Shown here: in pieces, positions 40,322-55,600 of the stretch
How the letters are laid out: every line of letters begins with the position of its first letter
How positions within the stretch are numbered: the stretch's first letter is position 1
The notes under the pieces: model-generated
Databases searched by the model: none
The model's input: the letters and a program-made list of their open reading frames with translations, nothing else
What the model was told of the DNA's origin: nothing
Assembly (NCBI RefSeq): GCF_009914755.1
Contig: NC_060929.1
Length of the DNA stretch: 64,000 nt
Reading direction: 5' to 3' (one strand)
Origin: the human T2T-CHM13v2.0 reference genome, Homo sapiens
Translations under genes and position numbers: made by a program

Positions 40322-41316
40322 TATGACAAAACAAGTTATTTAATACCACCACTCCCCCCAAAAAAAATCACACTAGCTCACCAGCAATGGATCCAAACCA
40401 GGAAGAAATCCTTGATTTACTTGAAAAGGAATTCAGAAAGTTAGTTATTAAGCTAAACATGGAGGCACCAGAGAAATGCAAAGCCCACTCTAAGGAAATT
40501 TAAAAGATGATACAAGAAGTGGAGGGAAAAATAGTCAATGAAAAATAGATCGCATAAATAGAAAACATTCAAAACTTCAGGAAACAATGGACATACTTAT
40601 AAAAATGCAAAATGCCCTGGAAAATCTCAGCAATAGAATCAAACAAGCAGAAGAAAGAACTTCAGAGCTCAAAGATAAGGTATTTGAATTAACTCAATCC
40701 AACAAAGACAAAGAAAAAAGAATACAAAAGTATGAACAAAGCATCCAAGAAGTCTGGGATTATGTTAAATGACCAAACCTAAAAGCAATTGGCATTCCTA
40801 AGGAAGAAGAGAAATCTAAAAGTTTGGAAAACATATTTGGGGAAATAATCAAGGAAAATTTTCCCAGCCTTGCTAGAGACCTAAACATCCAAATACAAAA
40901 AGCTCAAAGAACACCTGGGAAATTCATCACAAAAAGAACATCACCTAGGCATATTGTATCAGGTCATCTAAAGTTAAGATGAAGGAAAGAATCTTACGAG
41001 CTGTGAGGCAAAACACCAAGTAACCTATAAAGAAAAACCTGTCAGATTAACAGCAGATTTCTCAGCAGAAATCCTACAAGCTAGAAGGAACTGGAGCCCT
41101 ATCTTCAGCCTCCTCAAGCAAAACAATTATAAGCCAAGAATTTTGTATCCAGCAAAAGTAAGCTTCATAAATGAAGGAAAGATAGTCTTTTTCAGACAAC
41201 CAAATGCTGAGAGAATTTGCCACTACCAAGCCAGCCCTACAAGAACTGCTAAAAGGAGCTCTAAATCTTGTAACAAATCCTGAAAACACATCAAAACAGA
41301 ACCTCTTTAAAGCATA
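40322..41316 (+). pseudogene. L1 ORF1 remnant
   Basis: ORF 40587-40772 encodes coiled-coil sequence ending EQSIQEVWDYVK; disrupted. Confidence 0.85.
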
Positions 41317-41387
41317 AATTTCACAGGACCTATGAAACAAAATACAATTAAATAAAAAAAAAACAGGGTATACAGGCAACAAATAGC

Positions 41388-44300
41388 ATGATGAATGGAA
41401 TGCTACATCACATCTCAGTACTAACATTGAATATAAATGACCTAAATGCTCCACTTAAAAGATACAGAATTTCAGAATGGATAAGAACTCGCCAACTAAC
41501 TATCTGCTGCCTTCAAGAGACTCACTTAACACATAAGGACTCACATAAACTTAAAGTAAAGGGGTGGAAAAAGACATTCCATGCAAATGGACACCAAAAG
41601 CAAGTAGGAATAGCTATTCTTATATCAAACAAAACAAACTCTAAAGCAACAGCAGTTAAAAAAGACAAAGAGGGACATTATACAATGATGAAATGCCTTG
41701 TCCAACAAACAGGAAAATATCACAATCCTAAATATAAATGTACCTAACACTGGAGCTTCCACATTTATAAAACAATTACTAATAGACCTAAGAAATAAGA
41801 TAGATAGCAACACAATAATAATGGAGACTTCAGTACTCCACTGACAGCACTAGACAGGTCATTGAGACAGAAAGTCAACAAAAAAAACAATGGATTTAAA
41901 CTATACCCCGGAACAAAAAGACTTAACAGATATATATAGAACATTGTAACCAACAGCTGCAAAATATACATTCTATTCAACAGTACATGGAACTTTCTCC
42001 AAGATAGACCACATGATAGGCCACAAAGCAAGCCTTGATATATTTAAGAAAATTGAATTATATCCAGCACTCTCTCAGACCACAGTGGAATAAAACTGGA
42101 AATCAACTCCAAAAGGAAACTTCAAAACTTTGCAAATACTTGAAAATTAAGTAACCTGCTCCTGAATGAGCATTGGGTCAAAAATGTATCAAGATGGAAA
42201 TTAAAAAAGTATTTAAACTGAATGACAGTAGTGACACAACCTATCAAAACCTATTGCATACAGCAAAGGCAGTGCTAAGAGGAAAGTTCATAGCATTAAA
42301 AAGTCTGAAAGAGCACAAACAGACAATCTCAGGTCACACCTCAAGAAGCTAGACAAACAAGAACAAACCAAACCCAAACCCAGCAGAAGAAAGGAAATAA
42401 CCAAATGAAAGCAGAACTAAATGAAATTGAAACATAAAAATTATGAAAGATAAATGAAAAAAAAAGCTGGTTCTTTGAAAAGATAAATAAAATTGATAGA
42501 ACATTAGCAAGATTAACCAAGAAAAGAAGAGAGAAAATCCAAACAAGCTCAATTAGAAACAAAACAGGAAATATTACTACTGAAACAACTGAAATACAAA
42601 AGATTCAAGGCTACTATGAGCACCTTTACCCACATAAACTAGAAAACCTAGAGGAGATGGATAAATTCCAGGAAAGTTACAACCTTCTTAGCTTAAATCA
42701 AGAAGAAGTAGATACCCTGAACAGACCAATAACAAGCAGTGAGATTAAAATGGTAATAAAAAATTACCAACAAAAAAAAGTCCAAGACCAGACAGATTCA
42801 CAGCAGAATTCTACTAGACATTAAATAAGAATTAGTACCAACCCTATTGACACTATTCCACAAGATAGAGAAAGAGGGAACCCTCCCTAATTCATTCTAT
42901 GAAGTCAGTATCACCCTAATACCAAAACCAGGGAAGGGCATAACCAAAAAAGAAAACTATAGAAACTATAGACCAATATCCCTGATGAACATAGATGCTA
43001 AAATCCTTAACAAAATACTGGCTAACCAAATCCCACAATATATCAAAAAGTTATTCTATCATGATCAAGTGGGTTTCATACCAGGCATGCAGAGGTGATT
43101 TAACATACACAAGTTCAAAAATGTGATACACCACATAAACATAATTAAAAACAAAAAACACATGATCATCTCAATAGATACAGAAAAACCATTTGACAAA
43201 ATCCAGCAATCTTTATGATTAAAACTCTCAGCAAAATTGGCATACAAGGAACACACCTCAATGTAATGAAAGCTATCTATGACAAAACCACAGCCAACAT
43301 AATACTGAATGGGGAAAAGTTGAAAGTGTTCCCTCTGAGACCTGGAACTAGACAAGAATGCCAGTTCTCACCACTCCTCTTTAGCATAGTACTTGAAGTC
43401 CTAGCCAAAGCGATCAGATAAGAGAAAGAAATAAAGGACATCCAAATCAGTAAAGAGGAAGCTAAGCTGTCACTATTTGCTGATAATATGACTATTTTCC
43501 TAGAAAACTCTAAAGACTCTTCCAGAAAGCTCCTAGAACTGATAAAAGAATTCAGCAAAGCTTCCAGATACAAAATCAATGTACACAAATCAGTAGCTCT
43601 TCTATACACCAACAGCAACTAAGCTGAGAATCAAATCAAGAACTCAACCACTTTTAGAATAACTGCAAAAAATAAAATAAAATACTTAGGAATATACCTA
43701 AGGAGGTGAAAGACCTCTAGAAGGAAAACTACAAAACACTGCTGAAATAAATTATAGATGACACAAACAAATGGAAACACATCCCATGCTCATAGATGGG
43801 TACAATCAATATTGTGAAAATGAATATACTGCAAAAGCAATCTACAAATTCACTGCAATTCCCAACAAAATACCACCATAACTCTTCACAGAATTAGAAA
43901 AAAACAATCAGAATTCATATAGAACCAAAAAAGACTAAGCAAAAAGAACAAATCTGGAGGCATCATATTACCTGATTTCAAACTATACCATAAGGCCATA
44001 GTCAGCAAAACAGCATGGTACTGGTATACAAACAGGCACATAGACCAGTGGAACAGAAGAGACAACCCAGAAATAAACCCAGATACTTATAGCCAACTGA
44101 TCTTCACCAAAGCAAGCAAAAACATAAAATGGGGAAAGGACACCCTATTCAACAAATGGTGCTGAGATAATTGGCAAGCCATGTAGGAGAATGAAACTGA
44201 ATCCTCATCTCTCACCTTATACAAAAACCAACTCCAGATGGATCAAGGACTTAAATCTAAGACCTGAAACTTTAAAAATTCTAGAAGATAACATTGGAAA

Positions 44301-45310
44301 ACCCCTTCTAAACATTGGCTTAGGCAAGGATTTCATGTCCAAGAACCCAAAAGCAAATGCAATAAAAACAAATATAAATAGCTGGGACTTAATTAAACTA
44401 GAGAGCTTTTGCATGGCAAAAGGAATGGTCAGTAGAGTAAACAGACAACTCACAGAGTGGGGGAAAATTTTCACAATCTATACATCTGACAAAGGACTAA
44501 TATCCATAATCTATAACAAATTGAAGCAAATTAGCAAAAGAAAAAAAAAGCAAACAATCCCATCAAAAAGTGGGCTAAGGACATGAATAGACAATTCTCA
44601 AAAGAAGATATACAAATGGCCAACAAAAATATGAAAAAATGCTCAACATCACTAATGATCAGGGAAATGCAAATCAAAACCACAATGCAATACCACCTTA
44701 CTCCTGCAAAAATGACCATAATAAAAAAATAATAGATGTTGGCGTGCATGAAGTCAACAGGAACAGTTCTGCACTACAGTGGGAATGTTAACTAGTACAA
44801 CCACAATGAAAAACAATGTGGAGATTCCTCAAAGAACTAAAAGTAGAACTAGGATCCAGCAATCCCACTACTGGGTATCTACCAAGATAAAAAGAAGTCA
44901 TTATACAAAAAAGATACTTGCACACACATTTATAGCAGCACAATTCGCAATTTGCAATTCACAATTGCAAAAACATGGAATCAACCCAATCAACAAGTAG
45001 ATAAATAAACTCTGTGTGTGTGTGTATATATATATGTGTATATATATGTATATATGTGTGTGTATATATGTGTGTATATACATATGTATATGTATACATA
45101 TATACACACACATATATATACACACATATATACACACACACACATATATACATATATGGAGTATGATGGTATACTACTCAGACATAAAAAGGAATGAATT
45201 AATGGCATTCCCAGTGTCCTGGAGGGGACTGGAGACTATTATTCTAAGTGAAGTAACTCAGGAATGAAAAAGCAAACATCATTACATTCTCACTCATAAG
45301 TGGGAGCTAA
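41388..45310 (+). pseudogene. L1 ORF2 remnant (EN, RT, C-domain)
   Basis: ICCLQETHL (EN), [20 protein letters not shown] and [13 protein letters not shown] (RT); multiple stops and frameshifts. Confidence 0.9.
45014..45157. repeat. Compound (TG)/(TA)/(CA) microsatellite inside the L1PB1
   Basis: Directly visible alternating purine-pyrimidine tract. Confidence 0.95.
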
Positions 45311-46558
45311 GCTATGAGAATGCAAAGGCATAGAATGACAAAATAGACTTTGGAGACTCAGGGGAAAGAGTGACAAGGGGATGAGGGATAAAAGACCATA
45401 CATTGGGTGCAGTGTATACTGCCCGGGTGATGGGTGCACCAACATTTCACAAATCACCACTAAAGAACTTACTCATGTAACCAAACACCACTTGTTCTCC
45501 AATAACCTATAAAAATAAAAAAAAATTAAAAAATAAAACTATCAACACAGTAAGCAGATATCCTGTGGAATGGGAGAAAATATTTGCGAACTATGCACCT
45601 GACAAAAGTGCTTTGTTATATTTTCCTCTAGTTAAATCATATTTCTGGTATATGAGGAATACTAGAAAAAAATCAGTAAATGAGAATGTTTCAGTTCTAT
45701 CCTGTATGTTCTTGCTAAGAAATTCTAAAAAGCAACTGAGAGTCTGTTTTACTACAGACATCAGCTTGTATTCTCTTAACAGAATGACATAAATGACAGT
45801 AGAAAAAACTAGGAATAGCATGTGGGCAGGTGAAAATGTAAGTACACTCAGGTTTTTGGGCAATCGTACATGATTGGTGTATTAATGCAGAGATTTTGAA
45901 GACAGTAATTTCCCTCTTTCTAGCACCTCTCTTCCAAAGTACATTACAAAGTAACTTTTTTTTTTTAACAAAAGCAACTATAATTCTTGTCCAGGCTCAT
46001 CATGTATCAACAAAGGTTGAGAAAGGCAAGTGGAGAATAAATAGACCTCAAATACTCTTGCCTTATCTGGTTTTGTTACTTTGAAAGGCCCCCTTCACTC
46101 GTCTCTCAGTCTGCAGTCTGTGGGTCCCAGGTGTTGCTGAGATTTAAATAAATAAAGACACCTCAAGGCACAAGAAGACATACTGAACATGATTAGTAAA
46201 TGTTCGGTGCTTTTCTTGGTAGACAATGTGTAGCCAGTGAATTTAGGGCTGCACTAAATGACTTCTAAAACCCTTTGCAGGCCTGAAATTCTGTTATGAG
46301 GAATCAATTAAAAAGAGCAAGTTTCTGATGTGTACACCCGCTCTCCTTATTTTGAGGAAACAGCAAGATAATATATATCCCAATAGAACAGATTAACACG
46401 TAGACAAGATGGAGGGGGTATTGGCCTAATATTTTGAAACCCTTGCTTCACAACTTGGGCCATAAATACACAGCTGGTATATCAGGGATATTTATAAGAG
46501 TATTTGTTTTGAAATTCAAGTTTCGTTTACCTGCAGTATATAAAAATCACTTCAGATT

Positions 46559-46578
46559 TGTATGTATATATATATATA

Positions 46579-46610
<32 letters not shown>

Positions 46611-46662
46611 CACACACATATATATATACACATATATATATATATACACATATATATATATA
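46559..46662. repeat. Compound (TA)n/(CA)n microsatellite
   Basis: Directly visible. Confidence 0.95.
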
Positions 46663-48814
46663 GGATTGTATATGGAGAATATACAAAGATGATGTGACGT
46701 CCCAGAGGTAACATTTATTTCATTATTTGAAAGAGATGTTTCAATATTACTAGAACTATAAAGCACCTTGAATCCTAGGATAAAATGATACTTCATATTT
46801 TAATATTTGGGGTAAAAATTATGTATCTCCTTACATGTTTATACTGAACCTGGAACCCAAAGAATATTTCCTAAACGCTGGTGGGCTGTATCCTGTCCCT
46901 GTTCTATAATTACTAAATCTAACATGCAGTAGGTGACAAATGTCTATTTCTATCTGTTGAGCTGCCACTTCTCATTATTTGCTTGGATTCAAAGGGGCCT
47001 GATTGATGCAAAATTCCAAGTCAAAGCTTTTGCTAAAGCAAAACTGTGTCTATTGATACTGCAATTTGTGGGGTTCAATATTTATGAATAGTGAACCAGT
47101 CACAGGGGAAATGACTAAAACAGAAAGCATTGAGCAATAAGATAGGTCATGTCCCAAACTTTAACATAAACTTTGGTCAAAGAATTGGCTGACTCCTAGG
47201 TATCTGGAAAAGAGAGATTCTGTGTTGTATTGTTGTGCCAAAAAGTGGTATGTTAGTGGACTACTCACAGAAATGGTTGCAGACTAGAAGCTACACCATC
47301 TTGAATGTGTGCCCACCTGTGACCTTTCACTGCCCATTATGCACATCGAGGAATGTCAGGATGCACTTCAGGACATTTTCTAAAGAACAGTCTGGAGGAG
47401 TTGATAGGAAAGAAAGCTGACCTTCTTATATAGCTTAATTTTCCCTGTCAGTGCTTCATAAATACAGATATACCAACCTGCTGCCTTTCCCTCAGATACT
47501 CTGACTTAGAAAATAAATGAAGATAATTATCACTTTTAATTGCAGTTCAGAGCTCTCAATTCTTTGTCCAGGTTAGTTTTTTCTAAACTATGTATTAAGG
47601 TCAGTTGACCTTCTCTAATATAACCATATTTATTTCAATGAGAAAAAAGAAGGAAAAAAATAAAAAGTCATCCGTTTCCACCAGTTATGCATTTGCACAC
47701 CCCCTACCTAGGAACGTATTCACCAACACAGATGGTCACAGTGTCGTCCTTGGGTGTTAAGTTCTCTGTTCTTGATGCTCCAGCTGTTATTTTCTAGTAA
47801 TGCAGCAAGTATCTCAGAAACAAATGCTATTGAGGCATGTTTTCCCATCTGTAATACATAAAGGTGTATTTATACAATGCTATTAAGTGTGCTGTTTTAC
47901 TAAGCACCTCTCTTATAAATTTTACATTCCTTGGAGAGAAATGTTTTTTCTCGTATTTCATTTGCTTTACTTACAATCTCTAATTCACTGAGTCAGATAA
48001 TATTAGAGTGAAAATTACAGTGCAGGCAGATAACTCAGGCAAATACAGTGCAGAACTGAAAAAAAATTGAATTGTTTGAATTCCAATTCAAGTTTAAATC
48101 TACTAGGTAAAGTATATATTTTGATATATAAACCCTCATGAATCTCATTCCAGACTTATAAATTTTATTTCATTTACATCAACTTTCTAATCAGTTAGTG
48201 GGGCACACAAATACGCTTAGTGCACTGTGAAATGCAAGCCGTTCTCAATAAAGGCCAGACAGAAAATTTATTTTCCTTTAACAGAATTGGCAAAGCAGAA
48301 AACAAAGTTGGAACATTACTTTGAGACTTGTTTTAGCAAAGGGGTTAATGAACTCTCAAATTGTTTTCTGCTCTGCTTATGCTTTACATGAAAATCTACG
48401 ATGTTCAACTCCATCCTATTTTATCCCCAAATTAACTTCTGTAATGGCAGGCTCCAAAAGGTATCCTGAAGAGAATGCTGAAACAGAAAGCAATGAGCAA
48501 CAATGCTGCCATTCAGGTTGCAATATAAATGACATTTACTTTGAAGAAACAGGTAACACCTCATCAATAGGCGTAGCAGTCCTATTGTAGGAAGAAGTGA
48601 TGAGGAGATAATTGCTTATTGTATTACTTTTCTGGAATGGCTATGACAAGGGCCACAAACTGAGTTACTTAGAACCACAAAGATGTATAGTCACACAGTT
48701 CTGGAGGCTGGAAGTCTGAAATCAAGGTGTTCGCAGCGTAAATTCCTCCTGAAGACAGTGAGAGAAGGGTCTGTTTCAGGACTCTTTCCTTGACTGGTAT
48801 ATGACCATCTTCTT

Positions 48815-51177
<2,363 letters not shown>

Positions 51178-51439
51178 TAGATGGCATCCTCCATGTTTGC
51201 ATCCCTTTGTACAAATTTCCCTTTTATAAGAACACCAGTAATTTTGGGGTAGGGCCTCACCATACTCCAGTATGACCTCACCCTCACATAAAGAATCACA
51301 TCTGCCACAACCTTATTTCCAAATAAGGTCACATTCTGAGGTACTTACTGCTAGAATTTTAACATATGAGTGAGGGGGGAGCACAATTCAACCTATAACA
51401 TTCATATATTTTAGGCATGTTCTCATATTTGCAAAAGTT

Positions 51440-52625
51440 ATGAGAAGAGTATTCAACATCATGAAACACTGAAGCCATGAGAAATACCATTATACCCCAC
51501 CATAATGGCTAAGGATTCACACGTCTTTCAGTAGTAGAATGGATTTGTTTGTTGTGGAATATTCATAGTAAAACACTACATGGGAATTAAGAAGGAAAAA
51601 CTGCTACATGCTACACAACGGTTGAATTACACAAACTTTGGCAAGGATGTAGAGCAACCAGACCATTGTGTATTGCTAAGGAGACTATAAAATGGTTCAA
51701 CCACTCTGAAAATCTGTTTGGCATAATCTAATGCCACTTGAATTAGTCCATTCTCACACTGTAGTAAAGATACTAACTGAGACTGGGTAATTTATAAAGA
51801 AAAGAGGTTTAATTGACTCACAGTTCTGCTTGGGTGGGGAGGCCTCAGGAAACTTACAACCACGGGAAGAAGCAGCAGGCACCTTCTTCATAAAGCAGCA
51901 GGAGAGAGTGTGAGCAGAGAGCAAAGGGGGAAGAGCCCCTTATAAAACCATCAGATCTCATGAGAACAGCAGTGGGGGAAACCACCCCTATGAGCCAATC
52001 ATGTTCCACCAGGTCCATCCCTCGACAACTGGGAATTACAGTTGGACATGAGATTTGGGTGGGGTCACAGACCCAAAACATATCACTACTTATCCTATGA
52101 CCCAGCAAATTTCACCCCCACATATATGCCAAAGAAAAATGAGTGCATATGTGCAGCAAAGGACATGTACAAGAATGTTCAAAACAGCTTTGTTAAAATT
52201 ATCAAAAACCTGGAAACAACCATGTCTTTCAACAGTAGAATTGATAAGTGAACGGTGATATATTCATAGTAGAATTCTACCCAGTGATTAAAAAAAAAAA
52301 AAAAAAAACTACTGCCACACACAACATTATAGCTGATTACTGCAGGCATAATTTGGGCCAAAAAACCACAACGTAAATGAGTATATACTATAAATTTCTA
52401 TTCATATGAAATTTGGAAAAAGGTAGAACTAATAGTAATAAAAACCAGAATAAGAATTACCTTTAATGGGGTGATATGGATGACAGGGGCATGAGAACAG
52501 TTCTTGTGATATACTTCATGTTCTACATCTTAATCCAGGCTGTGGTAAAGTCAGTAGATATATATGTAAAAATTTCAATATTTTTTGTATATGTGTTATT
52601 ATCTAAATAAAAAAATTACAAAATA
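51440..52625 (+). mobile_element. Old L1ME/MB 3' region split by a THE1 LTR
   Basis: 'ttggcaaggatgtagagcaac', 'tatgacccagcaaatttcac', 'gacatgtacaagaatgttca'. Confidence 0.7.
51739..52085 (-). mobile_element. THE1D-like solo LTR
   Basis: tgaattagtcc...aaacatatca; 5-bp TSD ccact/ctact. Confidence 0.92.
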
Positions 52626-55600
52626 CAAGAATGATAAAAAAGATTAGGTAACATGTATAGTACAGTTCTCATAAAATCATAAACAGAGTTGAAATAGCAA
52701 AAGCCAATTAGTAAAGGCAGAATCTAGTCATATCCTCCAGTTTTAAGATTTTATACCACTGGTTCAGAGGCTCAGCTATATTAGAGAATTGGGAAATTTC
52801 ACTTAACCTAAGAAAACTCTTTGCTTTCTACCTGCTTAAGTTGGGAAGTAGCAGTAGTGAGATGGCTTGGTCCTCACTTTCTGCCTCACCAAGGCCTCTC
52901 TCAGACATCACACCTACACTATACTTTCCTAATTCAACACGCATTAGGAAACTCCCATTTTATGATGGGTATTTATGGAAAATATAGGACTCAGGGGGAT
53001 GATTAAAGATGTCCCTATATATTACATTCATTTTCAATCTTTTACATTTGAATCAAAACTCAAGGCCCAGGCCTGAGGCATTTTCAGTTTATGCCAAAAT
53101 ACTATAAGGAGAATATTTCCATTGGAATGACTCAGGCTACTCACCAAATATTTACACGTCCTTTCACACCCTTACCTCTAAAGAGCTGTAATGCAACGAA
53201 GAATTTGTAAATCTGGAGATGTTCCAGAATCATATAAATCCTCATATTTTGAATTCAAAACCAAACACCTTAAAAGAGAAGACTAACCCTTATTGAAAGT
53301 ATTAGGAACATTGCTTATAAATGTCAGAAAATAAAGATTGTAAATAATTTATCTAGCCCTGTGTATGTTTCACCAATGGAAGAAAGGCAACAACAATATA
53401 CACATCAGGTTAGAAGTTGAACTCCACCTATTTTTAACTTTGAGTTGTGCATAGAGAAGAAGGAAATTCGTCTGGAGTCCATCAACTCATGGACAGATGT
53501 ACATATGTTCTGAGTAATGCTGCAAGAAGTCTTCCTTTTTCTTTCTTTTCTTAATCAATTGCCTAATTAATTGCTTTTTTAAGCAGTAAGCATCAGGTTG
53601 CCTGAGGGCAACTGCCTTCTGATGCATAGCAGAAAAGTAATTTGTAGTTTTAAATCCATGAGATCACTTTTGAGTCAAGATTCAAGACACTATCTCTCTC
53701 TGGCACTTTTCATGGACAAAGGCACTGAAGTATTAAAAAATGTAAGGGATAAAAATGTATGTGTAAAAAACAATGAAGAGTGAAAAAGATAATTAAATAT
53801 ACTAATTATTAGGCCATTGATAACTTTTAAGGAAGTAGTTTTAGTAGGGTGATATTGGAGTAAAAGCCTTTAATTATTTTATTAAAATCTGTAGTAATGA
53901 CTGACATCATTGGGTGGGCTAAGTATGGACTCTACATAGATATTTCAAGCATTGCTGCTATATTTTCTGGATATTTTCTCTCTTTGATTCAGCAAAATAA
54001 CTTTCACTTACCATTGACAAATGCCTCTAGTCAGGGCTGATCCCAATCAATGGTAGAATGATGGTGAGGTTTGATCCAACCACCTTTCTGTTTAGTTCTT
54101 GCTCTAAAACCCAGAGACCCACTGCTTAGAGAGTCCTGTATGGGAGGAGCAGCTGCCTGTGTATTCTTCCTGGTTTAGGAGAATGCACAGTCTCCCAATT
54201 TATTGCTTCATTAAACTCTGTCTACTTGATCTCCATTCTACCAGACACTGAATGTGGCAGCCATGAGTGGCACACGCAGGAAACCAATGCGATGGCTTCC
54301 TGAAAAGGTACCAATCTCGGCTCAAATGATCAGTTTTTATGAAGGTACTTTAGGAAGTATTTAATATGGGAAAGTTCAAACAACATAAGGAGGGTCCATT
54401 TGAAGGTGAGGGTCTATTTCTCTTTCCCCTTCTAATCACACCTCATAAGTCATTATTGGCTCTGCTTTTTTAATGCTGCCCTTGCCTAGAGTATTAAACA
54501 CAAAAATAGGGAAGTAAAGGGAAGTGGAAATTATTCATCAATATTTACTCTTCTTTCTATGTGTCCAGGGCACAGACACAGAGCTGTGGCATTCTGATGC
54601 ATCTCTGGTTCACCAGCTGCGGAAGTGCAGGTGTATGTTTTCTTGATACTGAGAGGTTCTGTAGATACGTTATTATTGACTTTTTCCTCTCAAGGGTCTT
54701 CTGCTCTTGATGCTTCCTGCAACATATGTAGATGTTTTATGGCAGGAAGCTATTGAATTGGGCCCACTGGGAATACTTTTATTAGAACCCAATATGGACT
54801 GAAATAAAGTCCTATTGCAATTGGGACAATTTGCAAGCTCTCCTACTTACTAGTACATTCCTAATTTCCAAAAGCTCGTCTCTTCCCTACACACAAAGCA
54901 GCCTGGGGAAATGTCGGTTGACATATGTAAGTAAACCACAGTTATGTTTCATTGTGCATGACCAGTCTATTAAGGGGTAGATTCATTATGTACTAGAGAC
55001 AAAGGTATTTTCCCTCTTTCTCATTACTCTGACATCTAAAGTGCTAATAAAGGTTTTAAAATAATGTATGAGCAAGCACTGGATCCTTTCTTCTCCCAGG
55101 TCTCCCTCTTCAGATCCTCAAATCAGATCCCTGATATCACAGTATGTGAATCCCCCATTGACTGAAACTCTGGACAGCATACAGAGTGCAGTATTGCTGA
55201 AATCACTTTCCTCTGCAGCTGCAATTTAATAATTCCAAAATAGTTTATCAAGGCAAAGAAAACATAGATTTATAAGAGCATTTGAAGGAAAACTTATTCC
55301 CACCATGTCTAAACTTCTCATCAAAAAGAAATATTTAGAAAATTCAGGATATATAGATTTTTTTCTGACTTCAAACACAGACCTGTTCATTACTTTGTCC
55401 ATGCTAATATTTTACCAGAATCTCTGGTGGTACTGAAACTTAACATTATAAAGTTTTGGTTGTTGATGTTATTTTTTTACATTCACCTGAAAAATGCTGA
55501 ATATGACATGATCAGAAAGTATTATTCCTTAATTCACTTACCAATTGTGACATATGTTGGGAGACATTTGCACATAATTCTTTGCTAGATACTGAGTTTC

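Larger units (their letters stand above)
38954..45539 (+). mobile_element. Essentially full-length L1PB1-like element (5' UTR, ORF1, ORF2, 3' UTR), inactive
   Basis: 5' 'atcatggcagatgggaggcaggactagatt'; L1PB 3' UTR 'cactaaagaacttactcatgtaaccaaacacc'; TSD tatcaacacag at 38943-38953 and 45540-45550. Confidence 0.93.

Noticed and set aside
44901-45267. Y/I/C/H-repeat ORFs (also 46434-46796, 14902-15318)
   Set aside because: Translations of dinucleotide microsatellites.
47708-47793. Minus-strand 86-nt exon candidate
   Set aside because: Mediocre acceptor, two competing weak donors, unrecognised peptide.
51515-51635. Out-of-order L1M fragment similar to 52255-52340
   Set aside because: Too diverged to distinguish a local duplication from an independent old L1 fragment.
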